The position numbers were made by a program, and so were the translations under genes. 64,000 nucleotides of DNA from Octopus sinensis (Eukaryota), in contig NC_043000.1 of assembly GCF_006345805.1 (NCBI RefSeq), forward strand, positions 108,996,001-109,060,000. Reading direction: 5' to 3'. Below, in pieces: positions 52,912 through 64,000 of the stretch. How positions within the stretch are numbered: position 1 is the first letter of the stretch; each line of letters begins with the position of its first letter. The notes below the pieces were generated by a model. That model was not told the origin of the DNA, did no database searches, and saw only the letters and a program-made list of their open reading frames with translations.

Positions 52912-52962
<51 letters not shown>

Positions 52963-53727
52963 CATGTATATGTGCATATGTAATTATATATATGTATATA
53001 TATAAATATATATATGTATGTGTGTGTGTGTGTATGTAAAAAAGTTCTTCATCCTGTTCCAGTATAAACATGCATTGAACCAGAGACGCGAGCTCTTAAA
53101 TTCCTGCATGCACGCTGCGAGGTTTAAAATGTCAACCGAAAAAATACCGTATGGGCAAAATGTTTGATTTTCGGAAAACTTTGTCGCATTTGAATTTGGC
53201 TTTACACCTTATATAGTTATTTTTGTATTACAAAGCTTGTGCATATATCGACTTCACATTTTATATTTGACATCCCACCTTTAAGAAGGCTCTTCCCTCA
53301 ACACCTACCTACAGATCATACATAGAGCCACACAACACGCAAAAGGAAGTCAATAGCACAGCAAAGATGTCGCCAAGAAATTGGAACGCTTCAGAAATAG
53401 ATCTACTTCTCAGAGCTCGGGTGGTAGTCGACAACGATCCTATCAACACTGTTATCATGCGACCTTAAAAAGCGCAGGATTCAGCAGGTGTGTGGCGCAA
53501 ATAGAGCGGAAGTAAAGCGAATTCATCTGCTCCTACGCATTCATCAAGTCACATCTACAGAAGCTGGAAACCGTTTTTCAACATGTCTATGTATGTATGT
53601 ATGTATGTATGTATGTATGTATGTATGTATGTATGTATGTATGTATGTATGTATGTATGTATGTACGTATGTATGTATGCATGTATGTATGTATGTATGT
53701 ATATATGTATGTATGTATGTATGTACA

Positions 53728-53905
53728 TGAAGCCCAGTTACAACTACAGCCGGCTATTACCAGTAAAGGTTTTAGTTGCCAATTTTGTACAAGACATTGT
53801 AGATCTTTAGCTGGGCTAAAAAGTCACATTCGATCACAGCACCAGTAACAATTAAGCTTCGTGCAATGGCCATACTCGATAACGAGGGGGCAGCCATAAT
53901 GTATG
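53728..53905 (+). mobile_element. RTE-type LINE 3' end (C2H2 finger plus tail) within (ATGT)n
   Basis: FSCQFCTRHCRSLAGLKSHIRSQH*, a short UTR, then (ATGT)n. Confidence 0.7.
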
Positions 53906-54110
53906 TATGTATACGAGTCATTGTGTTAGTGTTTGTCCGTCACATTCGCTTGACAACCGGTCGATTCGTTCGGCTAAAAATTTTCAAGGTGTGCCCCATT
54001 ATGGTCGCAGTCTAACGACTGAAGCAAGTAAAAGATAAGAGATAAAAGAAATAAACGTATACGTATAATTACAAATATTCACGTATTACACACAGACACA
54101 CACATACACA

Positions 54111-54508
54111 TGTGTGGTAAGTAGCTTGCTTACCAACCACATGGTTCCGGGTTCAGTCTCACTGCGTGGCATCTTGGCAAGTGTCTTCTGCTATAGCCCC
54201 GGGCCGACCAAAGCCTTGTGAGTGGATTTGGTAGACGGAAACTGAAAGAAGCCTGTCGTATATATGTATATATATATAAGTGTGTGTGTATATGTTTGTG
54301 TGTCTGTGTTTGTCCCCCTAGCATTGCTTGACAACCGATGCTGTTGTGTTTACGTCCCCGTCACTTAGCGGTTCGGCAAAAGAAACCGATAGAATAAGTA
54401 CTGGGCTTACAAAGAATAAGTCCCGGGGTCGAGTTGCTCGACTAAAGGCGGTGCTCCAGCATGGCCACAGTCAAATGACTGAAACAAGTAAAAGAGTAAA
54501 AGAGAGAG
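54111..54508 (+). mobile_element. SINE family A, near full length
   Basis: Matches 142-540. Confidence 0.9.
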
Positions 54509-55329
54509 TATATATATATATATATATATATATTTACAGATACATATGTGCGTATCTAAAATTCAGCCGAGTTAACTTCTTCCCAAATTGTACAACAAAC
54601 TCGCTTCGCCGTCGTCTCTCAATAATTTGTCTCACTTTCCCTCCTCACGAAACCATCCAAATACGTCAGAGGGTTTGAATCACTTTAGAAGACGATACCT
54701 CGGGGAATCTCTCGCAATTTCGTTTACTGCAATTGCTGCAGCCTGTTCTATTCCTTTCATCTCTTTGATGTTCTAGCTATTTATTGTTTCGAGTGTACTT
54801 GCTATTTCTCTTGTTGTAATTGTATTTAACGTTACAGTTATTGCTTTTGCAGTTTAGACTATCGTTGTTGTTGTTGTTGCCAAAGTGTTGTTGTTGTTAT
54901 TACCGTTGGAATAAACTGCTTGCGCAGAATATATTTTGGAAAACATGACATGTGGCAGACTTGTAATAATCTGCATTCTGGTAAATACAAATTTGGTCCG
55001 TTGTATTTTTTTAAAAATAAAGTTGTTCTGAGACATACTACTTCAAAGGCATCAACCGCATGTGAAGCAATAGGTAAGCCGCTGCTGTTGCTGTTCTGAG
55101 CACATCTATTGTGTGATATTTATGCAATGCTAACTTCAAATAAATTCATGCTTCGAGGAAAACAAAACGTTACGGTCAACGATTATCCTCATCAAGGCGA
55201 AGACAACGAGTTGCCAGAATCGTAAGAACGTCGGGCAAAATTCTTAGCGATGTTTCGTCCGTCCATTCCTGGTTGAGACGTTTCTAGGAAGTTGGCACCA
55301 GTTTTGGTGGCAAAAGATGGTCAGGAAGA

Positions 55330-55690
55330 CCTTCTGTTGTGGAATATACCTTCCACAACACTCGTACATTAGAGGCAGAGCTTGGTCCTCCACGAAGCAC
55401 CATCAATCAACACCTGCATAAGCTTGGCCTTGTGAACATACGCTGTCCAGAAACTCTTCATGAACTGACCAATGGCCGGATTCAACGACGTGCGAACATT
55501 TGCAAATGACTGCTGGCAAATCGTCGACCTGACCGCTTTTGACGTCGAATTATGTCTCGTAATGAAAAATGGATCTATTTTCCTAATCGTAATAAGAGAA
55601 CTCAGTGTATTCGTTCCGGTCAGGCTTTAGAACTTGTCAAACGAGGGCGGTTTGAAAAGAAAGTCATGTGTGTTTGGTTGGATTTTCATG
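55330..55690 (+). mobile_element. Mariner transposase central fragment
   Basis: Decayed WVPHEL (CPETLHELT) and IVTGDEKW (IMSRNEKWIYF) motifs; KKVMCVW. Confidence 0.75.
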
Positions 55691-55945
55691 TATTAGTTTC
55701 ATGTGCTGAGAACGTGCCAACCATTGCCTTATCCCACATGCTATGTAGGCAGTGTCTAATGACAGTGCTCAGATGTCTGACATGCTATAAGACAATGTTT
55801 GGCACTGAAACCAGTAGTAGCACATAAAAACATGTATTGTATTTATTAAATGATATATAAGTGCCTTCTACTATAGCCTCAGGTCGACTAAAGCGCTGTG
55901 AGTGGATTTGGTAGACGGAAACTGAAAGAAGCCAGTCGTATATAC

Positions 55946-55993
<48 letters not shown>

Positions 55994-56004
55994 GTGTGTG
56001 TGTG

Positions 56005-56045
<41 letters not shown>

Positions 56046-56440
56046 GTGTGTGTGTGTGTAGATATGTATGTATGTATAGAAAACGCTCTTCGGTCATGAA
56101 TAACCATGAGATTGCATCTAGAAATTTCCCGTCCGCGACACAATTCCGAGTAAGCTTCTTTGTGGAAGACCAGCGACGTCTCCCATTCACACTACTCTCT
56201 CCACTCCACGCTATCGATACTCTTCAAGGGAAAAGCAAAGGGGCCGGTACAGCTTGGCACCGGTGACGTCGCAATTCATTTCTACAATTCATTTCTACCT
56301 GGAGCAACGTAAAATAAAGTGTCTTGCTCAAGAACACAACACGCAGCTCGGTCCAGGATTCGAGCTCACAACCTCACGATTGTAAGCCCGATGCTCTAAC
56401 CACTGAGTCATGTCCCTTCACACACACACGCACGCGCGCA

Positions 56441-56714
<274 letters not shown>

Positions 56715-57063
56715 TGACACTGTGATACACGATCCCTATTGATCGTTTTTTTTCCCTCTCCCCCTTTTTCCTCTTTTTTCTTCTTTTTCATTTTTCTTTT
56801 CTTTTTTTCCCTTTTTTCTTTTGTTTTTTCTTTTCCTTTTTTTTTCCCCTTTTACGATCCCTTTTGATCGAAAACCTACGCCACCTTTTTTTTTTCTCCC
56901 CCAAAAGAAAAGCTCTACCTTGTAACTTGTCCCATCTGTGTGTAGCCCTGTGTGGCCAATAAAGAAACTTATCTGTCTATCTATCTGTCTATCTGTCTAT
57001 CTGTCTATCTATCTGTCTATCTGTCTGTCTGTCTGTCTGCCTGCCTATCTATCTGTCTGCCTG

Positions 57064-57108
<45 letters not shown>

Positions 57109-57135
57109 ATCTCTCTCTCTCTCTCTCTCTCTCTC

Positions 57136-57184
<49 letters not shown>

Positions 57185-57583
57185 CAGAATAAGAAAGACT
57201 CTCATACATGTACGGATGGCTTCCATAGCATTTCTGTCAAAGAAATGCTTGTCGCGAAGTATTGGTCAGCTCACATCTTTGATAGAGGACAATTCTTCAA
57301 CACACTGCACACTAGAATCGAACCAGAAGAAACACCACGGAGTTGTAAAGCGAAATACCACGCAACCATGCTCAAAAGCAAAATAACCAACCAACTAACC
57401 AACAAAACAAACAAACAAAAGTATAAATAAATAAATAAATAAATAACAGAATAAATAAAAGAAATATAGAGAAAAAAGGACGGAAAGAGTTGCATAAGGT
57501 ATACTCGTCCAATTTCGAGCATAGAATATCTGTAAGTATTCTGTAAAATACGATAAGACTATTGAAATAAGATTGATGAATAA

Positions 57584-57651
<68 letters not shown>

Positions 57652-57779
57652 TAATAATAACAATAGTCTGTCGGTATTTGTCTTGGAGCTTGTATGGCAG
57701 GCATGCTGGAGGTAGAGACGTGAGATAAGAGAGTCAAGTGGAAACATCCTAAAAGGATTAAGAACTCGTCAAATATAAC

Positions 57780-58198
57780 AGGGAGGGCGATAAGAGCGAT
57801 GACCACGACGACGACGACGACGACCATGGCGGCTGCGACGACGACGATGACAATGAGTATAATAATGATGATGAAGGGGAAGAAGATGGTGAGGGTGGTA
57901 GTGGGAGTGAGTGTGGTGGTGGTGAGAGGGAGTGTGGTGGGTGGTAGTGGGAGGGAGTGTGGTGGGTGGTAGTGGGAGTGAGTGTGGTGGTGGTGGGAGT
58001 GAGTGTGGTGGTGGTGAGAGGGAGTGTGGTGGGTGGTAGTGGGAGGGAGTGTGGTGGTGGTGAATGTAGTATTGATAATGATGATGATGACGATGACGAC
58101 GACGACGATGATGATGGTGGTAGGTGTAGTAGAGGTGGTTATGGTGGTTGTGGTGGTTGTGGTTGTAGTGAATGGGGGGTTGTGTTGATGGTGGTTGG

Positions 58199-58229
<31 letters not shown>

Positions 58230-58240
58230 ACGATGGCAGA
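57780..58240. repeat. Low-complexity GGT/GAT tract with a short GTGGTGGTAGTGGGAG-like minisatellite
   Basis: Direct; source of the 292-aa low-complexity ORF. Confidence 0.85.
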
Positions 58241-58494
58241 AATTACCCACTTGCCCACTGGAGTGGATCTGTTAGTTGCGGTTGAGGGCAAAATGCCTGT
58301 ATACCATTTTCTTGGTGCGGAAAACAACTTGAGACTTTTGTTCTCAACAAGAATAGTAAAGAAGAATAACTCGTTTAGTAGATCGAACAGCAGGACGCCC
58401 GAAACCGATGTAAGAACAAATGAAACAACACACACTCACACGCGTGCACACACACACACACACACACACACACCACACACACACACACACGCTC

Positions 58495-60420
58495 ACATTT
58501 TCAGCTGATATAGGAATGGAATTTGGCCAAAAGAAGTGTTCATATTTGTTGAACTGGGAAAATCAGTCCCCGAGACCCCAAATCTATGCACCAATGGATT
58601 CACTATCTCTCCTGTTCCACACAAGGAATGCAACAGTACCCAGACATTGATGAAGGTACTGTGAATAAAGATAGAGTGACCTGAGATTATTATTCCAGAT
58701 TTAGGAAAACACAACAGTCGGAACTTTCCGCATACAACAAAACAGTATTCCACGATGCATTTTCATTATAATTGAATTTGAACATTTGAGATACCTGACT
58801 GGTCTGTAGAAGAAATCCACTCCATAGACATTAAAACCTGCAAGATTCTAACATAAACTGGAAATCACCACAAAAATAGTGATACCGACAGGCTCTACCT
58901 ATGAAAGATAAAGGATTTAGCGGGTAGCTGGAGATCAGTGCAGACAACCTTTGAATGTCGCATGGTCTTTCTCAGACAGCACTTGCTAAACAACAACAGC
59001 AAAAATAAATACATTAACTTAGTGCTGAAAAGTGAAAAGAACAATATCCTGCGTGTCGGAATTGAGCTCCTCAGAAAGCACTCTCTTCCTGATGGCCTCC
59101 CTTTCAACCCCAAAACAGCCAGACTAACGTGCCTCAAAGAAGACATTGATGCAAAATGCTCAGCGCACCCCCAAAAAAGACTATGCATGGGTATATTTCC
59201 TAAAAATTTGTAGAAGACAGTAATATCGCCATAAAGCGAAGCCTCTCTTGGATTCATGGCCGCTACTTTAAATTACACTTCAAAGGATAGGCATTTGGAA
59301 TCCAAGAACAGGAGATAGCTACGAAATATCTAAAACAAAGAAAAAATAAAGAGAGACAGTGAAATAGAGATGTTGACGTAGTCGCAAGAGCAATATACAA
59401 TGCCATTCGGATAAAAGAAAAAAGAATGTCCTGGAATAAATATAGAGAATCCTTTGTTATTGAACACAAATATCAACACAAGAAATAGTGATGAAATATT
59501 CCCATCAAAACATCTGTCAAATGTAAACAGGCCGGGTATTGTCGGCTGGGACGGGCAAGAAAAAAATATGTACCGTCATAGAGGTCAGTTGCCCTGCCGA
59601 TAGGAATTTCTCTTTAAAAAGTAAAGAGAAAGAAAGGACAACTGCTTCGAAACTACCAGGCTTTCTACCCAGATTATAAATTTACAGTTATGCCAATAAT
59701 TATTGGTGTCCTTGGTTTTGTGAGTGAATGCCTAAGTGAAGATCTGCATTAGCTAGGGCTTTCAGGGAAAGAAATCAACCGACTCACACGTTGCAAATCC
59801 AATCTGTAAGCGGAACAGTAAAATTATGCAAGACTTTTTAAAAGTTTAAAATATGACGGTTTTTTTGTTATCTACATTCCAAATACGGAGTTTTGCATTA
59901 TAGTTAGAAACCAGCTCTTTGCTCAAAGAAAGAATTCAAATAATTAAAAACAGAAGAGAAAATTCATACATACTCACACAAATACAAACATATTCTTCTG
60001 ACAGATGAGTCCAAATGATACTGGCGGAACTTACAAATTAAAACAGTCACCGAGTTAAAAACACAACCGGTCAGACACTGTTGTGTAGGACCACAAGAAG
60101 AAAAAAAGGATATACTTTGTTGTGGAAATCAGCTGCCCTCTGGGCATCAATGTGGTTAGAAAATGCAGGAGAAAGAGAACATCTATGGACCATTGATGAG
60201 GAGTTTGAAAATCCAGGACTCAAGATTCACTTTCAGCTTCATACTTATTATTATTGGAGCTACAGGGTACGTACCAACTCACCTGGAACAAAGTATGGCT
60301 GAACTAGGGTTCTTGAGAGGGAGAGCATAACTCCTTAGTTCATACACTAGAAATAATCACGATATCTGGGATTATAAAATCTGCAGAACCTTCTTAAGAT
60401 TTAAAGGATGACGAACAGAA
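58495..60420 (+). mobile_element. R4/Dong-type LINE fragments (RT C-terminus to RLE), decayed
   Basis: FSADIGMEFGQKKC, YKYL-like segment, GFLRIGIELLRKH; two RLE C-terminal segments ending near 59835 and 60410. Confidence 0.75.
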
Positions 60421-60533
60421 CAAGATGCTTTTCTTCACAACCTTGCTACCAAGCAGGTGCTCGGTCACAATTGACTCCAGAATAAAAAGAAAAAGAGAAC
60501 ATATATACACTATATATACATACATACATACAT

Positions 60534-60593
<60 letters not shown>

Positions 60594-60594
60594 G

Positions 60595-60634
<40 letters not shown>

Positions 60635-61030
60635 CATACTGTACGGACGTATGTCGCAATGCACACCAACCAGCTTCCATACATAACATAGATTCGTTTC
60701 AGCCGTCACTTTTAATATCGTTCTAAAATTTCGTCTGTGTTTCTAAATCAGCAAATGCAATGACTGCCTGCCTGCCCGCCTGCATGCCTGCCTACCTATC
60801 TTCCTACGTCCCAACGCACGTAAGTACTTCCGTACGCACGTACGTACCTATATATCTGTGTGCGTGTCTATGTATCTACCTACCTACCTACCTACCTACC
60901 TACCCACCTACCTACCTACTCAATTGTTAGCTTGTCGTTTCTCCGATTGCAATTTCATATTCTTTCTTTTAAAGCAATTTCCAAGCACGCCGGGCAAAAT
61001 GCTTAGCGGTATTTCGCCCTCCACTTATTA

Positions 61031-61104
<74 letters not shown>

Positions 61105-61401
61105 GTGGAAGCACATGGCCAAGTGGTTAGAGCAGCGGACTCACGGTCGAGGGATCGCGGGTTCGAATCTCAGACCGGGCGATGTGTGTGTTTATGAGCG
61201 AAACACCTAAGCTCTACGCGGCTCCGGCAGTAGGTAATGGCGAACTTCTGCTGACTCTTTCGCCACAACATTCTATCACTCTTTCCTCCTGCATCTTGCA
61301 GCTCACCTGCGACGGACCGGCGTCTCGTCCAGGTGGGGAACCTATACGCCAAGGAAACCGGCCCTTATGAGCCAGGCGTGGCTCGAGAAGGAACAAACAA
61401 C
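61105..61401 (+). mobile_element. SINE with family C tRNA head and V-domain-like 3' part
   Basis: Head like 31524-31907, then GCGACGGACCGGCGTCTCGTCCAGGTGGG...GAAACCGG. Confidence 0.7.
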
Positions 61402-61414
61402 ATTATTATTATTA

Positions 61415-61923
61415 TTGTCTTTGCATACCTTCTAACGGGGATGTACTGCGATGTCAGCTGCTCACTACCAGTGAACTAAGATAACACCCCTTATTTTTCG
61501 TGCACCATCTGGAGTATTCGAGCGGTTCCAAGCAGTGCTGTTTTCTGCAAGTGGTCCACCCTTATTGCAGCCACTACTTGTTCCATGTACTTCTCAAGAA
61601 TTTTACTCACTGTTCCCAGGGCTCCTATAATTGTTGGTACTACTACCACCTTTTTCAGCGACCACAACTGCTTTACTTCCCAAGCTAACCTGTCATATCT
61701 CTCAACTTTTCTTTCTTCCTTATCGCATACCTTGTTGTCAGCTGGACATGCTAAATCTATGATCCAGCATCGTTTGCTTTCTTTCTCAATTAAGACTATG
61801 TCTGGTTTCCTATTCTCTATCTCATGGTTGCACTGAATCACAGAATCCCATAGGATCTTTGCATTATCAATTTCGATGATGCCTTCGGGCTTATGTTCGT
61901 ACCAATCTTTGCTCTGTCAAGTC

Positions 61924-61925
<2 letters not shown>
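61415..61925 (-). mobile_element. 5'-truncated R4/Dong-type LINE with intact RLE domain, in (TAA)n
   Basis: RKPDIVLIEK...IIDLACPAD..K.EEKVERY...VPTIIGALG (116 aa open); ATT arrays on both sides. Confidence 0.9.
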
Positions 61926-61987
<62 letters not shown>

Positions 61988-62056
61988 TATTATGAGTGAG
62001 AGAGCAGTGCGTGCCATTATTGTTGTTGTTGTTGTTCTTCTTCTTCGTCTTCTCTT

Positions 62057-62087
<31 letters not shown>

Positions 62088-62109
62088 TTATTATTCTTTA
62101 TTATTATAG

Positions 62110-63755
62110 ACGTCGTACAGTATACAATATCGTGAGGCTGTTGATTGAAGATATCGTGTCTACCGGGGGTTTGTACTGTTTGTCAAGTCACAACATGGAC
62201 TTCAGACAGGCAGTACTTTACACAATATGCGTGCAGTTCCAAATAATGCCGACTTTACAATACATCTAGATTGTTGGGTATCTCTAAGGTTTTCAAATGT
62301 TTTCCCAGATTAGGTGATTTTGAAACCAATGCTCCAACGACAATAAGGATAACTTTTATGTTTGACTCTCATAGCTGCCACATCTTAGCAATCTCAAATC
62401 TCAGGTTTCCATATTTATCAACCTTTTCTTTTTCTTTCATGATAATATGTTGATCTCCTGGCACTACTACGTCAGTTATTAGGCACTCTTGTTTGTCCCT
62501 CCTAAAGGTTACTATATCCGGCCTTCGGTGCTCTCACACTTTGTCTGGAAATCAAAGTCCCAGAGGGTTTTTGTCTTCCCATTTTCGTCCATTACTTTTT
62601 CCAGTGTATGTTGGTACCAAGCACCCGTAACCTCATAGCCATACTTACGGCATAGTAGCCAGTGGAGGTTTTGGATTACCTCGTCGTGTCTGCGCTTGTA
62701 CTCTTTCTGCACAAGACTTTCACAAGCACTAACAATGTGAGACACACTTTCGACCCTCTTCCCACACATTCTGCAGAGGTCCGACGCACTTGTGTGGTGT
62801 GGTATATGTTCTTTTTCACTGAATTCCTGGTCCTAGACAACGATGATTAGGCTTTCAATATCCTTTTTTAGGTTACCCTTGTAGAACCACCTCCATGATT
62901 TTTCCTGGTCTTTTAATTTGTTGGTTTCACGGTGGAACTGACCATGTAATTCCAACCGGAGTAGGGTTTCTTCTCTCTCGCTGGCTGTTCTTTTTCGGAA
63001 TTCATGAGCACTCTCAAGTCCATTTTTGTTAATTCCTTCTGCACTAGCAGCATACTATAGCAGATCTTGTTTGCTGTTTACCAAACACTCTGCCATGTTT
63101 CTTCTTTCACTCTTGATGCACTCCCTAACAATAATAAGCCCACGTCCATTTTTACCGCTCTTCATGCAGAGCCTGTCTACCTTTGCCTTAGGGTGGAGGG
63201 CATCATATATTATCATTGTCTTTCAGGTAGCGTGATCCAGTTGGTCAATCTCCGCTTGTGTCCATCTCAGGCTGGATGTACTATAGTTGACTACAGCAAC
63301 CGCCCATATGTTGATGGTAGTCACACGGTTCCTTGAGCTGAGCTTTGATTTCAAGAGAAGTTTGAAGTGCTTGACATATGCAGTGACCTTGTCTTTCATT
63401 TCTTTGTGCAAGATATCGTTCAGCTCCAGGATCCCAGGATCCCAAGGTACTTGTAGTCATCATCATTTGGGTCTTCCATTCTCTCTTCGTTTGGCAATTC
63501 TATGCCTCTACAATTTACTCCCCACCCCGCTTCGAAGTAAGCACCGTACACTTTGAGATACCGAATTCCATCCCTATATGCTTTCTGCACATTTCCGCAG
63601 TCTGAACCAGCCTCTCTATTTCAGGCTCTGTTTTTGCGAACAGTTTTAAATAATCCATGAAGAGAAAGTGGATGATGTGAGGTCCGTTCTTTCTCAGATC
63701 ATAGTGCGAGTTGATTTTACGTAGGACTTCAGAAAGTGGGAATGAAAGCTACAAC
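62110..63755 (-). mobile_element. R4/Dong-type LINE 3' part (RT, CCHC, RLE), decayed
   Basis: HFLFMDYLKLFAK, GMEFGISKC, YKYLG, CRMCGKRVESVSHIVSAC...YKRRHD. Confidence 0.88.
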
Positions 63756-64000
63756 AAAGAACAGAGGTGAACAACTACCGCCTAGACTTCCTTTGTTATT
63801 GTTTTCTCTTTTAGTTCCTTGTCGTTTTGCTCCAGGTCAACTCAGATTAAATCATGTGATACGTTCTAGTCGTGACCACCCCATGTTTGTATGGAAGTCA
63901 GACATTAACAAATATGTCCTTTCTCTTTTACTATGTCGAGGTGACATTTGATGAAATTTGGCTGCTATTTCTGACAAGTGACCTCTCTTTACAATTTTGT

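Noticed and set aside
57372-58250. 292-aa His/Thr/Tyr-rich ORF
   Set aside because: Built from simple repeats, including (TAT)n; not a credible protein.

Overview
AT-rich, microsatellite-dense eukaryotic intergenic or intronic DNA. The SINE families resemble those of octopus (inference, not verified). No host protein-coding gene can be supported: almost all ORF-track entries are translations of simple repeats. Recognisable content includes many tRNA-derived SINEs of about four families, decayed LINEs (R4/Dong-type RT-CCHC-RLE, CR1-type, L1/Tx1-type, RTE-type), mariner fragments, non-autonomous Helitrons (including a head-to-tail heterodimer), a probable solo LTR and two tandem duplications. 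The most notable unexplained structure is a set of type I hammerhead ribozyme (HHR) folds in several unrelated repeat families: 4998-5069 (-), 5427-5498 (-), 6895-6943 (+), 7926-7986 (+), 32193-32295 (-) and 32832-32892 (+), plus decayed remnants. Most have a palindromic stem III, typical of the dimer-cleaving HHRs of Penelope-like elements. Most also have an unusual U.U or A.A mismatch at the base of stem II. Two lie 429 nt apart in a tandem repeat (retrozyme-like), and one sits in a perfect 63-bp antisense hairpin. About seven fold-back inverted repeats also occur. All folds were derived by eye; activity and novelty are untested.
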